Source: a virus. Taken from it: a DNA stretch of 34,013 nucleotides. The DNA lies in IMG/VR virus record IMGVR_UViG_3300027509_000029. The stretch is one strand, 5' to 3'. The notes beneath the pieces were generated by a model, which saw only the letters and a program-made list of their open reading frames with translations, did no database searches and was not told the origin of the DNA. Within the stretch, counting starts at the first letter, position 1; the number at the start of each line of letters is the position of its first letter. The translations under genes and the position numbers were made by a program. This document shows, in pieces, positions 7,522 through 16,844 of the stretch.

Positions 7522-7600
7522 GTTGAGTGTCATCTTTATACCCGATTACTGATAAATATCAGTTAACGCAATTGAGACGGGTATACAGATGACACTAAAC
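7522..7600. repeat. 23-bp inverted repeat (21/23) whose right arm contains the portal start codon
   Basis: GTTGAGTGTCATCTTTATACCCG (7522-7544) is the reverse complement of CGGGTATACAGATGACACTAAAC (7578-7600) with two mismatches. The 33-bp spacer holds the palindrome ACTGATA-AA-TATCAGT (7548-7563). Confidence 0.9.
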
Positions 7601-9130
7601 AGCAAAAACTTTCAGACCAAAGATGCAACACAAGCAAACATCCTTCTAGATTATTACTTGGGCTGTCAGAAAACTCATCTCGTTAAAATGCTGGACGGTC
7701 TGTGGGAAAACCAATCGGGCAAGCGTGAGGAGTGGCGAGAGAAGGGCATTGTCCCCCGCACACGCAACATTACTAAATCAATCATAGACAAATCAGGATT
7801 GCTCTTTAATGATCGTCCGACGTTAATGGTGCGCACTGGTGAGACTACTGTGCAAGTCGATCCTACTCTTAATCAATTGCTAGAGTCATCATCATGGCTT
7901 GAATTTTTTCAAACCGTTGACGCCTTTACACGACTATTAAAATCAACTGTAGTGCTCACACAACGATACATACCTAACGAAACTACTACGGTGGGTGGAG
8001 AGTATCGCTATAACGCGTTCAATGGTGAAGGCCTTAGGCTGTTATGCATGCACCCAGGTAATTGTGTCATTGAGACAGATCCGCTTGATAACGTCATCGA
8101 ATTTGCATATCTCATAGACGTACCCGATGAGTTGAAAGATCCACACAATAAAGATGCGTGGGCATATCGGCATATGACAGCATCTACTATCACAGATGTT
8201 TTAGTGCAGCAGACTCATACAAAAGAGAACAAAGAAACCATTATATCGACGGTTGAGAATCCTGATGCTATTTGTCCTGTCACTGTATTTTACGATACTG
8301 CAAAATCATATCAAAGGATGTTCCCCCACATACCTGAGGATCTCGCAGAGCTACAGGCGATGTACAATATCTCGCTAAGTGACACCGAATTTTCAATAGC
8401 GTGGGCGAAAAATTCTACACTTTTCACCGACAGAAAAATCGAATCAACGGACGGCAAACCAGTTAGTAATATTACGCCTGACGACACTGCATACAGCGAT
8501 GCAAATTATCTTAAAACATCACAAGCCAACTCAAAGGGCGAGAAATCACTCGGTGGCCTTGGATCAATTGTGCAGATGGAACCCGATCCCGATGGCAAAG
8601 CACCCTACATTGATTTTAAAGCACCCAACGTACAACTCCAACCATTGAATAGCATCATCGAGGAGATTGTAAAAGCCGTTGCAAGCGATTTCAGTGTCAA
8701 CCTACGTAATGCAAGCACGGCACAGGCATCAAGTGGATTCGCTTTAATTGTTGAAAGTATGGATAACCTAAATCTACGTGAGCAACGAGCACACTTTTTT
8801 TGCGCTGGATTGAAACACATGCACAAGATTTTAAAGGTGCTATATCCAGAACTTATTCAAGGCGAGCTAGAGGTGACATTTGCAAAACCTGCATTGCCGA
8901 TCAACAAAACCGAGCAGCAACAGTTGTGGCAACAAAAGATATCGAGCGGGCTTGCAAGCAGAAAAGATTATTTCATCCAAGTCGAGAACATGACAGAAGC
9001 ACAAGCGATGGCAAAAATCACTGAGATAGACTCACTCGCATCATCACCTCAAGTCAGTCTATCAACCGTTGAAAAGACTGATGATAGTGCGGATGATGAA
9101 AACGCAAACGCTAAGGATGAAAACGAATAA
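7589..9130 (+). CDS. Portal protein
   Basis: 513-aa ORF, the first plus-strand gene after TerL and ahead of scaffold and capsid. Acidic C-terminal tail. Call based on position and size. Confidence 0.7.
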   Translation: MTLNSKNFQTKDATQANILLDYYLGCQKTHLVKMLDGLWENQSGKREEWREKGIVPRTRNITKSIIDKSGLLFNDRPTLMVRTGETTVQVDPTLNQLLESSSWLEFFQTVDAFTRLLKSTVVLTQRYIPNETTTVGGEYRYNAFNGEGLRLLCMHPGNCVIETDPLDNVIEFAYLIDVPDELKDPHNKDAWAYRHMTASTITDVLVQQTHTKENKETIISTVENPDAICPVTVFYDTAKSYQRMFPHIPEDLAELQAMYNISLSDTEFSIAWAKNSTLFTDRKIESTDGKPVSNITPDDTAYSDANYLKTSQANSKGEKSLGGLGSIVQMEPDPDGKAPYIDFKAPNVQLQPLNSIIEEIVKAVASDFSVNLRNASTAQASSGFALIVESMDNLNLREQRAHFFCAGLKHMHKILKVLYPELIQGELEVTFAKPALPINKTEQQQLWQQKISSGLASRKDYFIQVENMTEAQAMAKITEIDSLASSPQVSLSTVEKTDDSADDENANAKDENE

Positions 9131-9208
9131 ATAAACATATCTGAGTATTGTAGATGGTGGATTCTATTTGCAAATAAACTCAACGCATAATACTGGAGAG
9201 TATGAGTA

Positions 9209-9832
9209 ATGGAAGTAAACACAAATGAAGTAACAGCCGACGAATCTGTAACAAGTGACGTTGAATCGGTAGAGACCGAAGTAGTAGAGAATAATGATGT
9301 TGATGTTGAACAATTGATACGTGAAAGAGATGCAGCTATTGCAGAGGCAACTAAACAGCGTTCGATCAAGCAACGGGTAACTAAAGAACGTGACGACCTC
9401 AAGCAATCATCAAAATCAAACGACGACACTACGAATGATGACAAATACAAATTGCTATGGCAGGAAACCAATAAAGAATTGGAGACTATTCGTAAGAGCA
9501 GCAGAGACACACAAATCAATGCAGCATTGACCGAGCAGTTATCTAAAAGTGGAATCATGTCGGATGCGATGGAAGCAGGACGAAGGTTAGTAGATCGCGA
9601 AATGATCGAATTTGATGAAAGTGGAAAGCTAGACGATATGTCAGTGCTCGGAGCAATCCAAGCGCTTAAAGCACAATCCTCATTTTTATTCGAGCGAAAG
9701 ATTGCACCTACTGATGTTAAAAATCCTACATCTAAAAATTTGGCATCAACAGAAATGACAAGAGCGGATTTCGACAAGCTATCACCTGAGGAAAAAAGTA
9801 AAAAAATGCTCAGTGGTACGACACTCGTTTAA
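9209..9832 (+). CDS. Scaffolding protein
   Basis: 207-aa acidic, charged and helical ORF between the portal and major capsid genes. Confidence 0.7.
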   Translation: MEVNTNEVTADESVTSDVESVETEVVENNDVDVEQLIRERDAAIAEATKQRSIKQRVTKERDDLKQSSKSNDDTTNDDKYKLLWQETNKELETIRKSSRDTQINAALTEQLSKSGIMSDAMEAGRRLVDREMIEFDESGKLDDMSVLGAIQALKAQSSFLFERKIAPTDVKNPTSKNLASTEMTRADFDKLSPEEKSKKMLSGTTLV

Positions 9833-9865
9833 CGCTAAAAATAACTAAATAGTAGTAAACAAATT

Positions 9866-9892
9866 TAACTCATATAACTCATATAACTCATA
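9866..9892 (+). repeat. 3 x 9-bp tandem repeat TAACTCATA directly upstream of the capsid gene
   Basis: Read directly: units at 9866, 9875 and 9884. Confidence 0.9.
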
Positions 9893-9902
9893 GGAAAATA
9901 TT

Positions 9903-10784
9903 ATGTCAAACACACTCACAGGATTGGTCCCAACAATTTACCAAGGCCTTCAAGTCGTATCCCGCGAAAATGTCGGTGCAATCCAAGCAGTCAATCGCAA
10001 CACTAGTGCCGAAGCCGCAGCGCTCGGTCAAACAATCAGCACTCCAATCGTGCCGTCAACTACCACATCAGATATCGTTCCTTCAATGGCCCCAACTGAC
10101 AGCGGTGGTCAGATTATCACTCACAAAGATTTTACTATCTCTAAATCCAAAAAAGCCGAAGTGCTTTGGACAGGTGAGGAAGTGGTCGGTACTAGTCAAT
10201 ACGCTAAGATTTTGCAAGACCAGTTTGCAGCCGCGTTCAGAGCGATTTCGAATGAAGTTGCTGATGATATCGTAGCAAAAGCCATTGCCGAAGGTACAGG
10301 TTCTGCGACTGTTGCAGCTTTACCCGTATTCAGCGATGGTAATACAATGTCTGATGTTGCCGCAGTCGGAAAAGCGATGCGGGATGCGGGCTTGGATGGT
10401 CAGAAGCGCAACTTTGTACTCGATAGTGCAGCTCAAGCAAATCTACAATCAACGCCAAACCTCTTTAAGGTTAATGAATCTGGCTCTGTTGGTGTTGTAC
10501 AAGACGGCACTATCGGTCGTCTCGGTGGTCTTGATTTTTATTCGCAAGCAACTACCGCAGACTCGTTTGCTTGCGTACCAAGCGCAATTCAATTAGTTGC
10601 CAGAACTCCAGCAGGTGGTATGAACGACGGTGCTAGTGATAGCATGGTTGTCCAAGATGCCAAATCCGGTCTGAATTTTTTGGTTCAACTTTGGAAAGGC
10701 TATCATCAACAGAAAATCGAAATTAGCCTAGCCTGGGGTGTTGGTATAGTAGCTCCAGAAAATATAATTTTGCTAAGCGTTTAA
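9903..10784 (+). CDS. Major capsid protein
   Basis: 293-aa ORF after the scaffold gene, followed by a strong terminator. Ala/Gly/Val-rich composition. Position-based call; the N-terminus is reminiscent of the P22-coat-like family. Confidence 0.75.
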   Translation: MSNTLTGLVPTIYQGLQVVSRENVGAIQAVNRNTSAEAAALGQTISTPIVPSTTTSDIVPSMAPTDSGGQIITHKDFTISKSKKAEVLWTGEEVVGTSQYAKILQDQFAAAFRAISNEVADDIVAKAIAEGTGSATVAALPVFSDGNTMSDVAAVGKAMRDAGLDGQKRNFVLDSAAQANLQSTPNLFKVNESGSVGVVQDGTIGRLGGLDFYSQATTADSFACVPSAIQLVARTPAGGMNDGASDSMVVQDAKSGLNFLVQLWKGYHQQKIEISLAWGVGIVAPENIILLSV

Positions 10785-10821
10785 TCTCTCTAACTACTAT
10801 CAAGTAGTTTTCGCCTCGATC

Positions 10822-10847
10822 AAGGCTCCTCAAAAGGGAGCCTTTTT
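10822..10847 (+). terminator. Rho-independent terminator after the capsid gene
   Basis: Stem AAGGCTCC / GGAGCCTT with a 7-nt loop, then TTTTT. Confidence 0.8.
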
Positions 10848-10907
10848 CATTTGCGCAATACTGATACAGATAAATACTAATGTCATCAATCGGAGCATAG
10901 AGAGCAC

Positions 10908-11528
10908 ATGAGATTCAGAGTCAAACAACAATCAGAACACAGCCAACCATTTGCAGCTCCACGACCATCTAACAGCACTCGCATTGTAGAAGCAGCACAA
11001 GAGTATCCAATCAATTATTTGACAGTGATTGATTTTCTAAAGGTCGATCTCGATCAATCAGAGAGTGAGGTGCAGACACTCATTGAAGCCGCCACCACAC
11101 GATTCGAGCGATACACAAATAGATCTTTAATCAATCGTAAAATCGCTATAGATTTTCAAGGATTCCATGTGCCATTACAATTGCCATACGCTCCTGTAAG
11201 CGCTGTAGAGAGCATTGTCTATAGAGACAGCAACGACGTAGAAGCAACAATAGATCCGTCGATGTACCAACTCACAGAGACAAATACATACGGTATGGTT
11301 CGTCTTAAATCAAATTTTAGTTATCCATCGACACAACTTGCTCAATACAACCCGATAACACTGACATACACAGCGGGTTATGGTGCTAATGAGAGTGCAA
11401 TACCTGCCGACTTAAAACACTGCTTATTGATGATGGTTGCCAATAGTTTCGAGTATCGAGAGTTATCTGATATTCAAACACCTTTTGAAGCTATGGAGAT
11501 CATGCAGACATATCGAGTAGATATCTAA
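10908..11528 (+). CDS. Head-tail connector (gp6-like, DNA-packaging/adaptor) protein
   Basis: 206-aa ORF. The C-terminal pattern ITLTYTAGYG...IPADLKHCLLMMVANSFEYRE is typical of gp6-like connectors. The start may lie downstream of 10908. Confidence 0.7.
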   Translation: MRFRVKQQSEHSQPFAAPRPSNSTRIVEAAQEYPINYLTVIDFLKVDLDQSESEVQTLIEAATTRFERYTNRSLINRKIAIDFQGFHVPLQLPYAPVSAVESIVYRDSNDVEATIDPSMYQLTETNTYGMVRLKSNFSYPSTQLAQYNPITLTYTAGYGANESAIPADLKHCLLMMVANSFEYRELSDIQTPFEAMEIMQTYRVDI

Positions 11529-11863
11529 TGAGTATTCGCATAGCAGAGCTACGCAATGTCGTTACATTTCTAACGCATACAAAGATCCCCAATGATTCAT
11601 ACGGCTATGATTATGATTGGTCAGAAGATATAAAAACATGGGGGAAATTAGAAACACTCTCAGGCACAACATTTCAAAACGGCGAGCAAGAAAATCTTGC
11701 GGGTAGTCATCGCCTAACAATTCGATATCGCGAAAATATAAACAAAGATCATCGTATACATTGTGCAGACAAATATTTCAACATCGTGCAAATGGATCGT
11801 CTAGTAGATGGTCGTGCAATGTATTTGGAAATACTCATAGATGAGGACAAGATCCATGTCTAA
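11528..11863 (+). CDS. Head closure / head-tail joining protein (SPP1 gp16-like)
   Basis: 111-aa ORF with a TAATG overlap. The pattern ...WGKLETLSGTTF...HRLTIRYRENI...IHCADKYFNIV fits the head-closure family. Confidence 0.7.
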   Translation: MSIRIAELRNVVTFLTHTKIPNDSYGYDYDWSEDIKTWGKLETLSGTTFQNGEQENLAGSHRLTIRYRENINKDHRIHCADKYFNIVQMDRLVDGRAMYLEILIDEDKIHV

Positions 11864-12158
11864 ATCATTACACAAAGCACTCATGGAAATGTATGACGAT
11901 CTTGATGGCCTTAGAGATGATATCGGTGAGGGTATCGTAAAGGGCGTTAAACAAAAATCATTTGTCGATACTGGAGAATTACGTGACTCATGGTTTTGGG
12001 AGGAGGAAGGATTGTACTCAAGCGATGAAAATGTCCCAAAAATATTGGCCAACGAGTTTGGCACTGAATCCATGCAAGGCAGCGCCGCAGTGAGGAGAAC
12101 AATGAAAGAACTACCCAAAATAATAAAGCAAGTTAAACGTAAAAAGAGAGGTAGATAA
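11856..12158 (+). CDS. HK97 gp10-like neck/tail-completion protein
   Basis: VDTGELRDSW and ANEFGTE motifs. The ATG at 11856 has AGGA 9 nt upstream. The track start at 11841 is also possible. Confidence 0.7.
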   Translation: MSKSLHKALMEMYDDLDGLRDDIGEGIVKGVKQKSFVDTGELRDSWFWEEEGLYSSDENVPKILANEFGTESMQGSAAVRRTMKELPKIIKQVKRKKRGR

Positions 12159-12586
12159 TGTCAAATAGACTATTGCAAAATGACCTTGATGAGCTATTGC
12201 AGAGCATCGCAGAGATGCCAACTATTCATTTAGAAAATACTCGTCTGACATTAAAATCCGATCAAGCAAACTCTACTCGCGCAACTCGATATTGTCGTAC
12301 AAAATTATATCCAACATCAACGATATCTGAGACAACAGCAGGTGGTTTTGATTTGCTGACAGGATTCTATGAAGTGTCGTTATTTCTGCCGTTCGGTGAT
12401 GGTATTGATGAAGCGAATTATTTTGCGGATAAAATAATATCCACTTTTAAAATTGGAACAATACAAACCAGCAATCTAACAATACGCATAGAGAGTCATG
12501 ATCGTGGCGTCGGACAAGAGTTTGATAATTATTACATGCTACCTGTAAGCGTAGATTATCTATGCCATGTGCAACGGCACGATTGA
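12158..12586 (+). CDS. Putative tail terminator protein
   Basis: 142-aa ORF with a TAATG overlap. It lies directly before the tail tube gene. Positional call. Confidence 0.5.
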   Translation: MSNRLLQNDLDELLQSIAEMPTIHLENTRLTLKSDQANSTRATRYCRTKLYPTSTISETTAGGFDLLTGFYEVSLFLPFGDGIDEANYFADKIISTFKIGTIQTSNLTIRIESHDRGVGQEFDNYYMLPVSVDYLCHVQRHD

Positions 12587-12628
12587 ATAAATATAAACAT
12601 AATTAATTAATTAAATTAGGAGTCTCAT

Positions 12629-13537
12629 ATGAGCAACATTTATAGTTCAGGTAGTACAACAGCGACGACTTTTGTTCGTGAGGCATCGTTTGGCGTCACG
12701 CCAGCAACACCAACAATGCAGACAATACCTGTAAAAAATAACACGATCACCCTAACTCAGGATAATCTTTCCTCGGACGCTGTGAGTGGAGATAGGATGC
12801 GACGATTTACTCGCAGAGGTAATACAAGTGTGGCGGGAAATCTCGACATAGAGTTGGCGCATGAGACATTTGATGAGCTGTTAGAGGGCTTGCTGATGGA
12901 CCGTTGGACAGGTGATGTCATCAAAGTATCGAACACAGCATCAAGCTTTTCTATCGAGCGTGGAGATAAGACAAAAAACATTTATGAACTTTTCACCGGT
13001 TGCGTAATTGATAGTGCAACATTTTCAGTATCGCTCGGCTCACTTGTCGAAACTGGATTTACATTTATCGGAAAAGGTGGAGTCGATAGTGCTACTAGTG
13101 TTGATTCAGATCCAACGCCAGCGCCTGATAAACAACCGATGTACCAGGCTGATTGTGCAGTAAAAATCGACGGCCAAAAAGTAGATTATGTACAAGACAT
13201 CTCATTGACTATTTCCAATAATGCCGTTGCAAATAATTCCATAGGTTTTGATAGCGCCAGTGCAATCAGCACGAATATGGTAACTGTGACAGGTACTGCT
13301 ACATTTTATCTCAAGGATTTAGTAGCCAAAAACTGGTTCACTAATGAGACTAGTACAAGCATGGAATTAGTGCTTGATGATGGCAAAGGGAACACTCTCA
13401 CTATACTGATGCCCGAGATTGATTGGCAGACAGCTAACATGGCTCAGAGTGGATCTGATACTCGAACACTGACGATGGATTTTGAAGCTGTATACGACAG
13501 CGGCATCAACTCTGTATTGCAACTAACACGCTCATAA
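12629..13537 (+). CDS. Major tail (tube) protein
   Basis: 302-aa ORF with AGGAG 7 nt upstream. It is followed by a terminator and then the chaperone and tape-measure genes. Confidence 0.7.
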   Translation: MSNIYSSGSTTATTFVREASFGVTPATPTMQTIPVKNNTITLTQDNLSSDAVSGDRMRRFTRRGNTSVAGNLDIELAHETFDELLEGLLMDRWTGDVIKVSNTASSFSIERGDKTKNIYELFTGCVIDSATFSVSLGSLVETGFTFIGKGGVDSATSVDSDPTPAPDKQPMYQADCAVKIDGQKVDYVQDISLTISNNAVANNSIGFDSASAISTNMVTVTGTATFYLKDLVAKNWFTNETSTSMELVLDDGKGNTLTILMPEIDWQTANMAQSGSDTRTLTMDFEAVYDSGINSVLQLTRS

Positions 13538-13565
13538 TCGAGCAGTTTTAAAAGATATAAATATA

Positions 13566-13587
13566 AGGGAGCTACGGCTCCCTTTTT
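13566..13587 (+). terminator. Rho-independent terminator after the tail tube gene
   Basis: Stem AGGGAGC / GCTCCCT with a 4-nt loop, then TTTTT. Confidence 0.8.
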
Positions 13588-13604
13588 ATTGGAGAATAAA
13601 AAAG

Positions 13605-14006
13605 ATGACTACAAAAACAAAACCAAAAACCAAGCAAGAATCTAAACAGCAGAAAAAAGTAACGCTTGCTGATATGCGGATGAAACCGTACAAGTGCCCT
13701 ATAACCATCCCAGGCGAATCAGACCCCTGCACATGGATATTGATCAAGAGCGCTCGCAGTGATGAGTTTATGAAGCAAGCTCAAAAAGTCGCAGAAGCTG
13801 AGGATTCAATGACAGATATTGAGGCAATCAGAAAGATGACTGCTGATTTAATCATAACGATCTGCTGTGGTTGGGAAGAGGAGGTTTTTGGAAAATACTC
13901 TGAAACAGCTATGTACGATATTTTGATGGATAGCGATTATTACTATGTCCCCGAACAGCTAGGAGGTGCTGCTAAAAAGCAGCACACGTTTTTTAGAAGA
14001 GACTGA
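13605..14006 (+). CDS. Tail assembly chaperone (gpG-like)
   Basis: 133-aa ORF between the tail tube and tape-measure genes. Its 3' end overlaps the next ORF. Confidence 0.7.
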   Translation: MTTKTKPKTKQESKQQKKVTLADMRMKPYKCPITIPGESDPCTWILIKSARSDEFMKQAQKVAEAEDSMTDIEAIRKMTADLIITICCGWEEEVFGKYSETAMYDILMDSDYYYVPEQLGGAAKKQHTFFRRD

Positions 14007-14397
14007 GAATAAGAAATTATCAGAGATTGAAGAGTATTTTAATCTCACTACACAGTTAAAATCACTGCCTGATAAAAATGGAAAAACAGCGTTTGATGTT
14101 GCAGAATTCATCTTAAAGCAATCAGGCGGTGAGGATATTGATGAGAGATTGCATAGACTGTTAGAGTTGGATATAGATGATGAATTCCATCCAACTATAT
14201 TGATATTCACAGAGCTGAGCAAACGTCGTGCGGAGCCTGATAGATTGATACCATTTTCTGAGATAGATGCTTGGTGCAGATTGACTGATACCACGCTCAC
14301 GCCATTGCAGCTTAAAACAATAAATAGTATTGACAGCGGATTTACACAAGGTGTAATTGCACGACGTGCAGAACTAAACGCTCTCAATAATCAATAA
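13966..14397 (+). CDS. Tail assembly chaperone extension (gpT-like part, probably made as a G-T frameshift fusion)
   Basis: 143-codon ORF in the +1 frame relative to G. Its only start is a GTG abutting AGGAG with no spacer. The 41-nt overlap contains a T6 run (13989-13994). Confidence 0.55.
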   Translation: MLLKSSTRFLEETENKKLSEIEEYFNLTTQLKSLPDKNGKTAFDVAEFILKQSGGEDIDERLHRLLELDIDDEFHPTILIFTELSKRRAEPDRLIPFSEIDAWCRLTDTTLTPLQLKTINSIDSGFTQGVIARRAELNALNNQ

Positions 14398-14424
14398 AAT
14401 AAAACACTCTAACAAGGAATTTTT

Positions 14425-16470
14425 ATGGCTGCTGCAATCGTAGGCAATCTCATTGCAAAACTCGACGACAAGGATATAACCGACGCTCGCAAACAGCTTT
14501 TACGAACTGCCGACGCTGCAAATGATGCCCAAAAAGATCTTGATAATCTTGGTGATAAGGGTAAAAAATCAATGCGAAAGCTCGGCTCGGGTGTTGATAG
14601 GCTCAAAGAAAAATTAATCGCATTAAGTAAAACGCCGGTGCTAGCATTAGCGGCGCTTGCAGTTGCTGTGGGTGGTGCAGGTACGGCGGTCGCGTTGTAC
14701 GGCAGTCAAATCAAAGATGCATCTGAGGCAAGTGGATTTTCAACAGATCGCATACAAACATTACAAGCAGCATTTGGTGAAATGGGTGTCGAATCTGAGC
14801 TTGCAAGAGACTCACTCGTTGACTTTGGTGAGCGGGTGGGCGAGGCAATGCAAACGGGTGGAGGTGCTGCATATTTAGCACTTGATTCGCTGGGTCTATC
14901 AGCCAAATTGATGGGTGGAGAATTTGCAGATGTCGGTGAAGTATTCGATGCGGCGATGCATCAAATAACAAAAATTGAAGATCCGTTAAAGCGTCAATTT
15001 TTACTTACTGAATTAGGTGCTGATGGATTCCGACAACTCGCTGGCGGTTTGGGTGATAGCACAGATGCATTATTTGCATATGAGCAGCAGGCGCGCAATG
15101 CAGGCATCATATCTCAAGAAAATATCGAAAAATCAGAAGCTCTTAAGGAAGGTGTAATTCGCACAGCTAAGGAAGGATTCCAAGTTCTGTCCCAGGCATT
15201 TTTGAATATGCTCCCGCCAGCTGAGGCCATCGGTGGATTTTTTGTAGGGATGACTAATTTTATTCCGATATGGATACAAGCATTGCAAAACGGGTGGAGA
15301 GCGTTAAAAGATGTTGGTGGAGTTCTAGCTGATGTATTTCTGCCTGCCGATGCACTATCAGGGATGATGAAGGGCTTGGGTAAAATGATGGATTGGGTTC
15401 GAGGTATCTTTGTTGGATTTGCCACAGATACAAGAGTAAAAGTAATCGGCACACTAGGAGCATTGCTTGAGACGTTTCGAAATTTTGTAAATGCCGTTGA
15501 AGGTACGCCACTCGCTAATAAACTAATGCCCGATGGGGTGCTTACAAAATTAGATACCGCTGTGGCGAAAATAAACAATTTAAAGCAGGCAGCAATTGAC
15601 GCATCGTCAGCAACAAGTGCAGCAGCGCCAGATATCAATGTTCAAGGTGGCTCGTCGCTTAGCGCTAGTATGCTCACACAATTAGACAATACTGATGTGC
15701 AGACAGAGGTAGAGATTGCTGCTGCACAACTAAGAGAGACTGAGAAAGTAGCAGCGCTCAAGGCAACAGCAGATCAAAAGGAGGCTATAGCGAAAGCTGA
15801 GGCCGATGTGCGCAAGCGTTTATTGAACGAAGCAACACAGCTAGAAATCTCAAATATGGATGATGAGATTGCACGATTGCAAGAAGCTGCTGAGGAAAAA
15901 ATCAGAATCAAGCGAGAAGAGATCGGTGAGGCGATGGCGTTAACATCAGAATATAAAGCGTGGGAGGAGGGTGTTATTTTGGAGACAGATAAAGCAATCG
16001 CTGCTGAACGAAAAACTATTGACGACAAAAAGCGCGAGCGCCTTGATGATTTCATGGGTGGCTTTGTTCAATCAGCGATGGAGGGCAGCCAAGCAATGAA
16101 AAATTTCACTATCAACATGCTCACGAATCTTGCACGTATACAGACACAAAAATTGATCATGGGATTATTTACAGCCTCTGATGGTAGTTTAAATTCTGGC
16201 GGTAATGGATTTGCATCGGCTCTGAGCACATTATTTACCGCAGGTAGTAGTGGTGGTGCGGGTGGCAATACATCGTCAAGTATCGTCAATACAGACGCAT
16301 CTAGTCAACGTGTTGTTAATCTTGGTGGGATCACTGTCAATGCGGGTAGTGATAGCAATCCTGGTGAGGTCTCTCAGGCAGTAATAAATGGAGTTCAAGC
16401 TGTTGTAAGAGCTGAAACTAGATCGACGATAATTTCAGAGACTAGGACTGGCGGTTTACTCAACCGATAA
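14425..16470 (+). CDS. Tape measure protein
   Basis: 681-aa Ala/Gly-rich, coiled-coil ORF in the canonical position after the G/T chaperones. Confidence 0.85.
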   Translation: MAAAIVGNLIAKLDDKDITDARKQLLRTADAANDAQKDLDNLGDKGKKSMRKLGSGVDRLKEKLIALSKTPVLALAALAVAVGGAGTAVALYGSQIKDASEASGFSTDRIQTLQAAFGEMGVESELARDSLVDFGERVGEAMQTGGGAAYLALDSLGLSAKLMGGEFADVGEVFDAAMHQITKIEDPLKRQFLLTELGADGFRQLAGGLGDSTDALFAYEQQARNAGIISQENIEKSEALKEGVIRTAKEGFQVLSQAFLNMLPPAEAIGGFFVGMTNFIPIWIQALQNGWRALKDVGGVLADVFLPADALSGMMKGLGKMMDWVRGIFVGFATDTRVKVIGTLGALLETFRNFVNAVEGTPLANKLMPDGVLTKLDTAVAKINNLKQAAIDASSATSAAAPDINVQGGSSLSASMLTQLDNTDVQTEVEIAAAQLRETEKVAALKATADQKEAIAKAEADVRKRLLNEATQLEISNMDDEIARLQEAAEEKIRIKREEIGEAMALTSEYKAWEEGVILETDKAIAAERKTIDDKKRERLDDFMGGFVQSAMEGSQAMKNFTINMLTNLARIQTQKLIMGLFTASDGSLNSGGNGFASALSTLFTAGSSGGAGGNTSSSIVNTDASSQRVVNLGGITVNAGSDSNPGEVSQAVINGVQAVVRAETRSTIISETRTGGLLNR

Positions 16471-16493
16471 ATATAGATAAAGGAAATATACCA

Positions 16494-16844
16494 ATGCCTA
16501 TTGCTCTCCCCCTCACTGATTACATCAGTCAACAATCATCGAAATCAGCATCGTATCGTATAAAAAAATCCGAGCTTGGCGGCGGTATCGTCCATCGCCT
16601 AAATGATGGCATTAACGTAAAGATGGAGCGATGGAATATCATTTGGAGCAATGTAACGCAATTGCAGCGTGATCAATTGATAAGTGATTTTGATGCGCTG
16701 GCTGGATGGGACCATTTTCTGTGGGCGCAATTCGGAGAGACTCAAATTAAAAAATGGGTTATGGCTGAGGATGGTTACAGCTACACGACACAAGGCGGCA
16801 ATGTCTACACAGTTAGTACTACGATAGAAAGAGAATATACCTAA
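16494..16844 (+). CDS. Minor tail protein (lambda gpM-like)
   Basis: 116-aa ORF, the first gene after the tape measure. Size and order match lambda M. Confidence 0.7.
   Translation: MPIALPLTDYISQQSSKSASYRIKKSELGGGIVHRLNDGINVKMERWNIIWSNVTQLQRDQLISDFDALAGWDHFLWAQFGETQIKKWVMAEDGYSYTTQGGNVYTVSTTIEREYT

Noticed and set aside
7548-7563. ACTGATAAATATCAGT as a fourth LexA box
   Set aside because: The arms are CTGA/TCAG, not CTGT/ACAG. The critical fourth and thirteenth positions are wrong.
9049-9777. 242-codon minus-strand ORF opposite the scaffold gene
   Set aside because: A Ser/Leu-rich mirror of the Glu/Asp/Lys-rich scaffold reading frame, a typical antisense shadow ORF. The same applies to the minus-strand ORFs inside the tape-measure gene (14409-16289) and the fibre gene (23342-23761).
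13971-13981. GCT-AAA-AAG as a canonical -1 slippery site for G-T fusion, with AGGAGG upstream as a dnaX-like stimulator
   Set aside because: The base before AAAAAG is T, so it is not A-AAA-AAG. The -1 frame also hits TAG six codons later, so it cannot produce the T extension.
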